Assembly: GCA_031260355.1 (NCBI GenBank)
Contig: JAIRJZ010000042.1
Coordinates: 2,855-66,854 of the forward strand
Direction: 5' to 3'
Source of the DNA: Burkholderiales bacterium
GTDB lineage: Bacteria; Pseudomonadota; Gammaproteobacteria; Burkholderiales; Casimicrobiaceae
DNA length: 64,000 nucleotides
Shown here: one piece after another, positions 28,790 through 37,739 of the stretch
Numbering within the stretch: position 1 is the first letter of the stretch
Layout: every line of letters begins with the position of its first letter
Notes under the pieces: model-generated
Databases searched by the model: none
Seen by the model: only the letters and a program-made list of their open reading frames with translations
What the model was told of the DNA's origin: nothing
Translations under genes and position numbers: made by a program

Positions 28790-29686
28790 ATGAGCCCCAT
28801 TGAAGAACTTCTGACTGTACGTGACTGGCTGCGCTGGGCGGTGTCCCGGTTCAACCAAGCCCGACTGCACTTCGGCCACGGCAGCGACAATGCTTTTGAC
28901 GAAGCCGCCTATTTGATCGCCCACACACTGCCCCTGCCGCTCGAACAACTCGACTCTTTTCTCGACGCCCGATTGACGCAGTCTGAAAAGTTACGGCTTT
29001 GTAAAATGCTGGATCGGCGGGTTGTGGAACGCATTCCCGCCGCCTACCTCACTCAGGAAGCTTGGCTCGGCGATTTTCGTTTTTATGTTGACGAGCGCGT
29101 CATCGTTCCGCGCTCCTTCATCGCCGAATTGTTGCCCGATGGGTTATCGCCGTATCTGCCCGACCACCACGATGTCAAAAACGCGCTCGACCTGTGTACC
29201 GGCTCCGGCTGCCTCGCCATTCTGCTGGCCGTAACGTATCCCGACGCCGAAATCGACGCTGTCGATATTTCACCGGCGGCGCTCGCCGTCGCCCAACGCA
29301 ACATCAGCGACTATGACTTGTCCGGTCGAATTGACCTGATTCGCTCCGATTACACCGACAACCTGCCGAGCGATAAGCGCTACGACCTGATTGTCAGCAA
29401 CCCGCCCTATGTCACCGACGACTCCATGCAAAACCTGCCGCGCGAATACCGCCATGAGCCAGAACTGGCGCTGGCTGGCGGCGTTGACGGCCTTAACGCC
29501 GTTCATCACATTCTGCAAAACGCCCGCCGCCTGCTGCGACCGCACGGCATCGCCGTCGTCGAGATCGGCCACAACCGCGCGCTGGTCGAAGCGGCTTATC
29601 CGCGGTTGCCTTTTGTCTGGCTCGACACCGGCTCGTCGGAAGAGTCGGTCTTTTTGTTGAAGCACGAAGATTTGCCGGAATCGTGA
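28790..29686 (+). CDS. prmB: 50S ribosomal protein L3 glutamine N5-methyltransferase
   Basis: MSPIEELLTVRDWLRWAVSRFNQARLHFGHGSDNAFDEAAYL, SAM motif LDLCTGSGC, and catalytic NPPY. Confidence 0.88.
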   Translation: MSPIEELLTVRDWLRWAVSRFNQARLHFGHGSDNAFDEAAYLIAHTLPLPLEQLDSFLDARLTQSEKLRLCKMLDRRVVERIPAAYLTQEAWLGDFRFYVDERVIVPRSFIAELLPDGLSPYLPDHHDVKNALDLCTGSGCLAILLAVTYPDAEIDAVDISPAALAVAQRNISDYDLSGRIDLIRSDYTDNLPSDKRYDLIVSNPPYVTDDSMQNLPREYRHEPELALAGGVDGLNAVHHILQNARRLLRPHGIAVVEIGHNRALVEAAYPRLPFVWLDTGSSEESVFLLKHEDLPES

Positions 29687-30615
29687 GACCACATCGGTTC
29701 CCACCGATAAAATAACCGGAAGCATTCGTAAACGTCGGGGTAGGTTTCGCGCAAGCGTATCGAAGCAACAAAAAAAGTTTCCGACAACACCGCGAAAAAT
29801 TCCGCCGGATCTTCCGCCGCATAAGGATCAATGTCGAGGTCTTCTTCTGCATCAACGCGCCGGCAAAAATCGTCGTAAGCGCGCTCCATCGTCTGCTGCC
29901 AGTAAGCCGCCGACAATTCCGGCGGCAGCGGCGGGCAACCGTTGGCTTCGCCGTTCTTCATGTCGAGCTTGTGAACAAACTCGTGGATCACAACATTGAC
30001 CGCCGGCATGTCGTACTTTCCTCCCCTCTCCCCTTGGGGGAGGGGAGAGGGGGGAAATGATCGCACCTCCCCCTCTTCCGCCATTGCCCCCTTTTCAAAG
30101 GGGGTGGCCGCCGAAGGCGGACGGGGGTTTGTATCAGGGCACCCTCCCCCGCAAGGTAGGAGGGAATAAATATCACGTTCGCGGCCGGCGTCCAGCGCAT
30201 CCGGCCAGGACAACACCACCGGCCCTCCCGGCATCGCTTCACCCATGATCGGCGCGTCGTCTCGATGGATGACGCCGTCTTCATCTTCCCATTCGGCGTA
30301 GGTGATGAACTCGTCAGGGCACAGCACGACCGTCTCAAAATCGTCGTACCATTCAAGCCCCAATTTCAACACGGGAATACACGCCTGAACGGCCACGACC
30401 GTCCGCTGAAACGGCGTGACCGCGAAACCGCGCGCGCCAACGATATTTTTGTCGCACAAGAACAGCACACTCATCGCGCGCAGTGCTTCCAACTCGCCCT
30501 TCGGCCAATCGGCGAGGAACGGCAACGCCGTCAACGCTTCTTGCCACAACGCTTCCGGAACCGCGTACCGCTGCAAGATCCGCGCGCGGCGCCAGCGGGA
30601 AAAAAGTCCCATCAT
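29596..30615 (-). CDS. mtfA: MtfA-like zinc peptidase (M90 family) with an in-frame repeat-derived insertion
   Basis: HEFVHKLD zinc motif, with conserved PFLADWPKGELEALR and AEFFAVLSETFF regions. The ATG overlaps the rmuC stop. The 3' end overlaps prmB by about 90 nt. Confidence 0.75.
   Translation of the reverse strand: MMGLFSRWRRARILQRYAVPEALWQEALTALPFLADWPKGELEALRAMSVLFLCDKNIVGARGFAVTPFQRTVVAVQACIPVLKLGLEWYDDFETVVLCPDEFITYAEWEDEDGVIHRDDAPIMGEAMPGGPVVLSWPDALDAGRERDIYSLLPCGGGCPDTNPRPPSAATPFEKGAMAEEGEVRSFPPSPLPQGERGGKYDMPAVNVVIHEFVHKLDMKNGEANGCPPLPPELSAAYWQQTMERAYDDFCRRVDAEEDLDIDPYAAEDPAEFFAVLSETFFVASIRLRETYPDVYECFRLFYRWEPMWSHDSGKSSCFNKKTDSSDEPVSSQTKGNRG
30021..30164. repeat. Composite hairpin element (C hairpin 30021..30054, unit A 30084..30132, D hairpin 30140..30164) embedded in the mtfA-like gene
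   Basis: The left and right hairpins match the intergenic composites at 49436, 51353 and 54638. Unit A is about 90% identical to the recG copy. Confidence 0.85.
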
Positions 30616-31952
30616 TCGTCGCTGTCCTGATCGTCCACCGGCAACAGCGGCGCTGCCTCTGTTTCAAACAAGCGCGAGGCTTCCGCCTCGGGCATTTGCT
30701 CGACACCGCGCAAGTGCCGCGTGATCGCCCGCGTCCGCACGTCGGCAGCGTCAATGGTTTTTGCCGCCTGATCGAGCTTTTCGCGCGTTTTCGCCAACAC
30801 CTGTCCGAACTTTTCAAATTCGGTCTTGACCGCCGCCAGCACTTTCCACACCTCGCTCGAACGCTGTTCGATCGCCAACGTCCGGAACCCCATCTGCAAA
30901 CTGTTCAACATCGCCATCAAATTGGTCGGCCCGGCGACCATGACCCGTGATTCGCGCTGCAACGCATCACTCAATCCTGGCCGCGCCATCAGTTCGGCGT
31001 ACAAGCCTTCGGACGGCACGAACAACACGGCGAAGTCGGTTGTGTGCGGCGGCCTCACATATTTTTCCTGAATTTTCTTCGCTTCCGTCTTGAGAAATGT
31101 TTCCAGCGCCCGCCTGGCCTCTTCGGCGGCGGGCATATCGGCGTTCTCCAGCGCCGCCTGCAAACGCTGCCAGTGGTCGAGCGGAAACTTGGCGTCGATC
31201 GGCAACCAGCATGGTTGGTATGCGTCGCGCCCCGGCAGCCGGATCGCAAATTCAACCCGCGCCCCGCTGCCCGGAATCGTCTCGACGTTCTCGCCGTACT
31301 GTTGTTGCGTCAACATTTCGGACAGCAGCGCCGCCAACTGAACCTCGCCCCAGCCGCCGCGCGTCTTGACATTACTCAACACGCGCTTCAAGTCGCCGAC
31401 GCCGACCGCCAGCGTTTGCATCTCGCCCAAACCCTTGTACACCTGCTCCAGCCGGTCAGCGACTTGCTTGAACGATTCTCCCAACCGTGTTTCCAGCGTC
31501 GTCTGCAACTTCTCATCGACCGTCGCCCGCATTTGATCGAGCTTTTGCGCGTTGTCGATACGCATCACGTCGAGCCGCTGTTCCAGCGCCTTGCGGATTG
31601 CCTCCAGCTTCTGCTCCGAAACCTGCGTCAACTGCTGCACTTGGGTTCCGAAGCGCGACCACTGCTCTTGCTGCATTCCGAACTGCGCCGTCGCTTGCTG
31701 CTGCGTCGCCTGCGCCTGTTGCAGCAACAAGGTTGACAATTCGCCGCGCTGCGTCGCCAAATCCTGTCGCAAATCGCGCTCGCTCTGCCCGCTTTGCGCC
31801 AGCAATGCCGCCAGTTGCGTGCGCGTTTCCGCCGCTTCGCGCAGGAGCTTTTGCTGCTCACTGGCCAATCCCGCCGTTCGCACGGCCAGATAGCCGGCAA
31901 GCACCAGCAGCAATAACGCCAGCCCCGATATGATCGTTATCATATTCTCCAT
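30612..31952 (-). CDS. rmuC: DNA recombination protein RmuC
   Basis: N-terminal TM helix, a long Q/L-rich coiled coil, and a C-terminal RmuC nuclease-like domain (AIRLPGRDAYQPCWLPIDAKFPLD..., VLFVPSEGLYAE). Confidence 0.9.
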   Translation of the reverse strand: MENMITIISGLALLLLVLAGYLAVRTAGLASEQQKLLREAAETRTQLAALLAQSGQSERDLRQDLATQRGELSTLLLQQAQATQQQATAQFGMQQEQWSRFGTQVQQLTQVSEQKLEAIRKALEQRLDVMRIDNAQKLDQMRATVDEKLQTTLETRLGESFKQVADRLEQVYKGLGEMQTLAVGVGDLKRVLSNVKTRGGWGEVQLAALLSEMLTQQQYGENVETIPGSGARVEFAIRLPGRDAYQPCWLPIDAKFPLDHWQRLQAALENADMPAAEEARRALETFLKTEAKKIQEKYVRPPHTTDFAVLFVPSEGLYAELMARPGLSDALQRESRVMVAGPTNLMAMLNSLQMGFRTLAIEQRSSEVWKVLAAVKTEFEKFGQVLAKTREKLDQAAKTIDAADVRTRAITRHLRGVEQMPEAEASRLFETEAAPLLPVDDQDSDE

Positions 31953-32090
31953 AAATACCCTTTACCCGCGCACATACCAGACGACTCAATTTATGCTTAT
32001 TGTACGGCATCCGTTTCTTTGAGATGTCCCGCGCTTTTCTCAACCGCCGCGCTGTAATAAAATAATTCCCGTTTTACAGAAGAGAAAAAA

Positions 32091-34088
32091 GTGACCCGGT
32101 TTTCAACACTGCAACAAGCGTTGCTGGAACGCGCCCGCGCCAGCGCATGCTCTGTTCATTTCATCGGCAATGACGGCGATGAGCGCACCGTGTCTTACCG
32201 CGCGCTTGCCGAACGCGCACAAGCCCTGCTCGGTCTGCTGCAAGCCCGCAGCGTCGCGGCGGACGACGAACTCGTGATTCTGACCGAACGCCTCGACGCC
32301 TTCCTCGACACTTTCTGGGCTTGTGTGCTGGGGCGCGTCATCGCCGTGCCGGTAGCGCAAGGCTCCGCCGATGAACATCGCCTGAAATTTTTCCGGATCA
32401 TGGCGAAATTGCAACGGCCTTTCGTCGTCACTGACCGCAAGTCGTTCGATCGCCTGCAAACGTTCGCGGAACTGTCTCCCGACGACCCGCTCTGCGCTGC
32501 CGCGTTGCGACGGCTTGAGGGTCGCGTACTGTTCATCGAAGACATTTCATCTCTCGATACGCCGGGAAAGATTCATGAAGCGCGTCCCGACGACATTGCC
32601 TTCATTCAGTTTTCTTCCGGTTCCACCAGTGCCCCGAAAGGCGTTGTGTTGACACACCACAACCTCGTCACCAATATCGCCGCCATCATCGACGGCATGG
32701 GCAGCCTCAACGGCGATTCCTGTCTTTCCTGGATGCCGCTGACCCACGACATGGGGCTGATCGGTTTTCATTTGACGCCGCTGTTCGGCGATGTCGATCA
32801 ATGGCTGATGCCGACGACGCTGTTCGTCCGTCGCCCGTTCTTGTGGATGTTGAAGGCGAGCGAGCACCGGATCACCATCACCTGTTCGCCCAATTTCGGC
32901 TACAAACATTTTCTAAAAACGCTGACGCCGGACAAAATCGCCGAGCTGAACCTTTCCCCGATACGGCTGATCTTCAACGGCGCCGAACCGATTTCCGCGG
33001 CGCTTTGCGAAGATTTTCTCCAGGCGCTGGCGCCGGCAAAACTGAAACCGGCGACGATTTTCCCGGTTTACGGTCTGGCCGAAGCCAGCCTCGCCGCCAC
33101 CTTCCCGCCGCCCGGGCGACCGCTCGACACCGTCACCTTGTCACGGCAAACGCTGGGCCCCGGCGAGAAGGTGCAGCCTGCGTCCAGCACAGCGCAGACG
33201 ATGCGCTTCGTTCGCCTGGGCAGCGCGCTCAACGATTGCGAATTGCGTATCGCCGACACCAACGGTCAGGCGCTGCCCGACGGTACCGTCGGCCACATCC
33301 TGCTGCGCGGCGGCAACGTCACCTGCGGCTATTACCACGACCCCGAACGTACCGCGCCAACGATCAACGCCGAAGGCTGGCTGGACACCGGCGATCTGGG
33401 CGCCATCATCGGCGGCGAATTGATCGTTACCGGCCGCTATAAGGAAATCATTTTCGTTGCCGGACAAAACCATTACCCGCAGGACATCGAGGAAGTGCTG
33501 GCACGGCAAGCCGGCTTCGAACTGGGCAAAGTCGCCGTCGCTGGCGCTCGTCCTGCTCATACCAACACCCGCGCCGATGCCGACGAAGTGATCGCCTTCG
33601 TCGTCTTCAAGGGTGAAGACGGCGATTTTCTGCCGTTGGCCAAACAACTGCGTCGCGCCGTCAACGAACACATGGGGCTGGTTGTTGATATGGTCGTTCC
33701 GGTACGGCAGTTGCCGAAAACCACCAGCGGCAAAATTCAACGCTACCTTCTGGCGCGCGACTACGAAAACGGCACTTACGCCGATACGGTTGCCCGTCTG
33801 GCCGCGCTCGACGCGGCAACCGGCTCGGCGACCGACGCCCAGGGCCTCGGCGACCTCGAAGCCTGGCTGTTGACCCTGTGCGGCAACTACCTGCCGGGCA
33901 AAACACTGACCGTCAATGATAATTTTTTCGACCTCGGCACCAGCTCGTTGACGCTGGCGCAAATCTACGAGGAAATCGACGCCGCTTATCCCGGTCTGCT
34001 CGATGTCGAGACCTTGTTCGAAAATCCGTCGATCCGCGCCATCGCGGCACAGATTCACCAGCGGGAATTGCGCAGCCGCGTATCGTAA
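32091..34088 (+). CDS. Fatty acyl-AMP ligase (FAAL-like adenylation domain) fused to a C-terminal acyl-carrier domain
   Basis: GTG start. AMP-binding core FSSGSTSAPKGV, plus YGLAEA and TGDLG. The C-terminal roughly 80 aa carry the carrier motif FFDLGTSSLTLAQIYEEI. Confidence 0.8.
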   Translation: MTRFSTLQQALLERARASACSVHFIGNDGDERTVSYRALAERAQALLGLLQARSVAADDELVILTERLDAFLDTFWACVLGRVIAVPVAQGSADEHRLKFFRIMAKLQRPFVVTDRKSFDRLQTFAELSPDDPLCAAALRRLEGRVLFIEDISSLDTPGKIHEARPDDIAFIQFSSGSTSAPKGVVLTHHNLVTNIAAIIDGMGSLNGDSCLSWMPLTHDMGLIGFHLTPLFGDVDQWLMPTTLFVRRPFLWMLKASEHRITITCSPNFGYKHFLKTLTPDKIAELNLSPIRLIFNGAEPISAALCEDFLQALAPAKLKPATIFPVYGLAEASLAATFPPPGRPLDTVTLSRQTLGPGEKVQPASSTAQTMRFVRLGSALNDCELRIADTNGQALPDGTVGHILLRGGNVTCGYYHDPERTAPTINAEGWLDTGDLGAIIGGELIVTGRYKEIIFVAGQNHYPQDIEEVLARQAGFELGKVAVAGARPAHTNTRADADEVIAFVVFKGEDGDFLPLAKQLRRAVNEHMGLVVDMVVPVRQLPKTTSGKIQRYLLARDYENGTYADTVARLAALDAATGSATDAQGLGDLEAWLLTLCGNYLPGKTLTVNDNFFDLGTSSLTLAQIYEEIDAAYPGLLDVETLFENPSIRAIAAQIHQRELRSRVS

Positions 34089-34148
34089 TCGCATTCTGCT
34101 GTATGATTTCGGCATTCGCGTTCTTGCTGCGCTTTTGCCATTTTCCCC

Positions 34149-36608
34149 GTGTCGCCCGCATCCCTTTTCTCCGCGCCGCTGATCGCCGCACTCACTGCCT
34201 TCGTCATCGGTGCCGTGTGGTTGCAAACCCGCGCCGCTTTGCCGGAGGCACCTTGGGTGGGACTGGTGCTGGCGCTAGGCTTCGTCGGCATCAGCGCGGT
34301 TGCATTGCGTCGTCTTCGTCGCGCCGCTGACAACCTTCGCCCATCGGTGCTGATCGCTTTCGGCGCCCTCGTCTTTAGCGCCGCTTTTTGCGGCTATGAC
34401 TATGCCGCCGCGCGCGCGCAATACCGGCTTGCCGATGCCCTGCCTTCCGAATGGGAGGGACGCGATATCGTGATCCGCGGCGTCATCGACGACCTTCCCG
34501 ATGTCAACACCCGCGGCACCCGTTTTACGTTCGCCGTCGAAGACGTTCTGACACCGGAAGCGCGGGTTCCCTCCCGCATTGCGCTGACCTGGTACGCCCG
34601 CAGCCTCAGCGGCGAAGAAGAGGCGCGCCCCGATCTGTACGCCGGCGAACGCTGGCAACTGAAAGTGCGTTTGAAACGGCCGCGCGCCAGCATCAACCCC
34701 GGTAGTTTTGATGTCGAAGCCTGGCTTCTGCAAAACAACCTCCGCGCCACCGGCTATGTGCGCCCCGATACCGGTAAAAACGTCGATGACGATCCTGTCA
34801 ATGTGCGCCTTGTCGCATTCGCCGGTCAACCCTTCGATTACATTCAGCGCCTGCGCGAAAACATTCGCGCTCGCGTTCAACAAACCCTGTCCGGCAAGCC
34901 TTACGCCGGCGTGATCACCGCACTCATCATCGGCGAACAACGCGCCATTCCCGACCCGCAGTGGCAGGTGTTCAACCGTACCGGCATCACCCACCTCGTC
35001 AGCATCTCCGGACTGCATGTCACCGTTTTCTCAACGCTCGTCGGCGGTCTGCTTTTCCAATGGTTCCGGCGCTCGCCGCGACTGACCTCGCGCTACCCGG
35101 CGATCAAACTGGCCGTGCTTGCCGGTTTTTTTGCTTCGGCATTCTACGTCGCACTGGCCGGCGCCGGCATTCCCGCACAACGTACGCTGATCATGCTGGC
35201 CGTCGCCACCGTCGCCCTATGGACGCAACGAACCAGTCAGCCGCTGCATACTTGGCTGTGGTCTTTGTTTGTTGTCGTGCTGTGGGACCCCTGGGCGCCG
35301 CTTACCGCCGGTTTCTGGTTGTCGTTCGGAGCCGTCGGCTGGTTGCTGTACGCCGCTTCCGGTCGCCTTGCCGCCAGCAACACCAACATGCGCTGGCGCG
35401 CACGATGGCAGCGCAACCTCGCGCTCGGTTTCCGCACGCAATGCGTCGTCACGCTGGGGTTGATGCCGTTGCTGCTCGTCATCTTTCAACAATTCCCACT
35501 GCTCTCGTTGCCTGCCAATTTCTGGGCGATACCGTGGATCACGCTGCTGGTGATTCCGGTCGCGCTGCTCGGCGCCATTCCCGGCCTTTCCTGGCTGTGG
35601 ATTCCCGCGCATTTCCTGCTCGACATTCTGATGACCGGCCTGACCTGGATGTCGCAACTGCCGATGGCCATGTGGCAACAACACGGCGCGCCGGTCTGGA
35701 GCATCGCCGCCGCCGTACTCGGCATCCTCTGGATATTGATGCCGCGCGGCGTACCCGGCCGGATGCTGGGGGTCTTGTGGTGTCTGCCGATGTTTCTGAT
35801 CGTGCCTTTGCCGCCGCCCGCCGACGCCTTTGAAGCCACGGTGCTCGATGTCGGGCAGGGACTGGCCGTTGTCGTGCGCACACACCGACACACGCTGCTC
35901 TACGATACCGGCCCCGGCTATTACGACGACGTCAGCGCCGGCAGCCGCATCGTCGCGCCATTTCTGCAATTCAACGCCATCAACACGATCGACGCGCTGG
36001 TGGTCAGCCACAGCGATAACGACCACGACGGCGGCACGCGCGCCGTTCTTGCGGCATTGCCCGTCCGGCAGTATTACACCTCTCAACCCGCCGAAGCGAA
36101 CGAAAACGACGGCATTCACTCTCCCGTCGCCTGTACCCAAGGACTCGAATGGACGTGGGACGGCGTTCGCTTCCGTTTTCTGTCGCCGCCGCCGGAAGCT
36201 TCCTCCTGGCGCCAGATCAACGATCAATCCTGTGTGTTGAAAATCGAATCGCCTCACGGCAGTTTGCTGCTGACCGGCGACATCGGAAAACGCGCCGAGA
36301 ACATATTGACCCGATACCACGCCGACGACCTCAACAGCAGCATTATCGTCGCGCCGCATCACGGCAGCCGCCATTCTTCGACGCTGCCGTTCGTTGCCGC
36401 CGTCGCGCCGTCACACGTCGTTTATTCCGTCGGTTACCGCAATCGCTTCGATTTTCCGCGACCGGAAACCGCCACCCGCTACGACTCCGTCAACGCCACC
36501 CCGTGGCGCACCGACCGCTCCGGCGCTATTCGCTTCATGGTTGACAGTCAAGGAATGGCCGCCGAAGCCTACCGGCAGACCCATCCCCGTTATTGGCGTT
36601 CCACTTGA
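34149..36608 (+). CDS. comEC: DNA internalization competence protein ComEC/Rec2
   Basis: Polytopic competence domain (ITHLVSISGLHV) plus a C-terminal metallo-beta-lactamase domain (LDVGQGLAVV, SHSDNDHDGG). GTG start is tentative. Confidence 0.9.
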   Translation: MSPASLFSAPLIAALTAFVIGAVWLQTRAALPEAPWVGLVLALGFVGISAVALRRLRRAADNLRPSVLIAFGALVFSAAFCGYDYAAARAQYRLADALPSEWEGRDIVIRGVIDDLPDVNTRGTRFTFAVEDVLTPEARVPSRIALTWYARSLSGEEEARPDLYAGERWQLKVRLKRPRASINPGSFDVEAWLLQNNLRATGYVRPDTGKNVDDDPVNVRLVAFAGQPFDYIQRLRENIRARVQQTLSGKPYAGVITALIIGEQRAIPDPQWQVFNRTGITHLVSISGLHVTVFSTLVGGLLFQWFRRSPRLTSRYPAIKLAVLAGFFASAFYVALAGAGIPAQRTLIMLAVATVALWTQRTSQPLHTWLWSLFVVVLWDPWAPLTAGFWLSFGAVGWLLYAASGRLAASNTNMRWRARWQRNLALGFRTQCVVTLGLMPLLLVIFQQFPLLSLPANFWAIPWITLLVIPVALLGAIPGLSWLWIPAHFLLDILMTGLTWMSQLPMAMWQQHGAPVWSIAAAVLGILWILMPRGVPGRMLGVLWCLPMFLIVPLPPPADAFEATVLDVGQGLAVVVRTHRHTLLYDTGPGYYDDVSAGSRIVAPFLQFNAINTIDALVVSHSDNDHDGGTRAVLAALPVRQYYTSQPAEANENDGIHSPVACTQGLEWTWDGVRFRFLSPPPEASSWRQINDQSCVLKIESPHGSLLLTGDIGKRAENILTRYHADDLNSSIIVAPHHGSRHSSTLPFVAAVAPSHVVYSVGYRNRFDFPRPETATRYDSVNATPWRTDRSGAIRFMVDSQGMAAEAYRQTHPRYWRST

Positions 36609-36629
36609 TCTGCTTCAGCCCCTCATCGC

Positions 36630-37640
36630 TCATTTGATAGCGATCAGTTCGTACTGGCGGGTGCCGATGCCGATTTCCGCCCCATAGGTTAATTGGTGCA
36701 ATCCGTGTCGGCTTTCGATGCGTTCCCGCAGATCGTGTGTTTCCTCTTTCGGAAGTTGATACACCAGATCGACCGAAGCCTGATCAATGGCCACAATGTC
36801 CGTCGAGGCCAGGATGCCGACGTCACGAGCCTTTGGCGACGCTGCCGCCACGCCCATGCAGTCGCAGTCCACGGACATGTTCCGCATCACGTTGATATAA
36901 ACGATCCGGTTCCCGAAATGATCCGTCGATGCCTTGGCGGCTTCCACCATGTGCTCCATGAAGCGCTCACCGCTGACCGACCATTGCCCCTGTCCGGGGA
37001 AGGTGTGTTGCATTTTCTTGCCGACTTTTCCGTCGGCATTGCCAATGGCAATGTTCTTGATCGCCCCGCCGAAGCCGCCTGATGCATGCCCTTTGAGGTG
37101 TGACAGAACGACCATGGAATCGTATTTCAAAATGTTTTTGCCCATGGACATTTCCTTGAAATGCTTGCCCCCTTTTATGGGCAGCATGACGGCGCCGTCC
37201 TCGTCCATGATGTCAACTTCGCAGAACGTCCAGCCGTTGGTCTTCAAAACCTCGCGATGGCCTTCCGTTGTCTTCCGGGGGCTGTTGTAATAGACGTTGG
37301 TTTCAACCAGGGCGCTGTTGGGAATGCTCTGCTGCAACGCCTTGACCATGGGAACCGGGACAAGGTTGGGCCCGTTCGGTTCGCCGGAATGCCACTTGAT
37401 CGCCACCCTGCCTTTGACGTTTTCGTTAATCTTTTGATATACCTTGAGCAACCCTTCGGGGCTGATATCGTCGGTAAAATAAACTTTTGCTTTGCTGACA
37501 GCGGTTTCTGTGATTTTGCGTTCAGGGGTGTCAGGCGAAGACGCCTTGCACCCTGAAACCAAGGCAGGAACAGCAAAAACCGCCGCGCCGGCCGCCACTT
37601 TCAAAAAGGTTCTGCGCTTTATCATCACCGGTTCCTCCAT
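36630..37640 (-). CDS. DUF362-family protein, predicted Tat-exported lipoprotein
   Basis: Twin-arginine signal KRRTFLKVAAGAAVFAVPALVSGC (lipobox LVSGC). The body resembles DUF362 (HSGEPNG..., LSHLKGHASGGFGGAIKNIAIG, SVDCDCMG). The locus is AT-richer. Confidence 0.7.
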   Translation of the reverse strand: MEEPVMIKRRTFLKVAAGAAVFAVPALVSGCKASSPDTPERKITETAVSKAKVYFTDDISPEGLLKVYQKINENVKGRVAIKWHSGEPNGPNLVPVPMVKALQQSIPNSALVETNVYYNSPRKTTEGHREVLKTNGWTFCEVDIMDEDGAVMLPIKGGKHFKEMSMGKNILKYDSMVVLSHLKGHASGGFGGAIKNIAIGNADGKVGKKMQHTFPGQGQWSVSGERFMEHMVEAAKASTDHFGNRIVYINVMRNMSVDCDCMGVAAASPKARDVGILASTDIVAIDQASVDLVYQLPKEETHDLRERIESRHGLHQLTYGAEIGIGTRQYELIAIK

Positions 37641-37739
37641 TGCTGATGATTGGTGTTTATGCCGCCAAATCTCGCGTTGGGGTGTAACGCTCTTTAGTAT
37701 AACAGTTTACTATGTGTCTTTCACTTTCGCTGAGTACGG

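Noticed and set aside
30612-31952. RmuC as part of a defence system.
   Set aside because: It has the standard housekeeping RmuC architecture (TM helix, coiled coil, nuclease-like domain) and host-like composition. No adjacent defence-type partners are present, only the overlapping MtfA-like gene.
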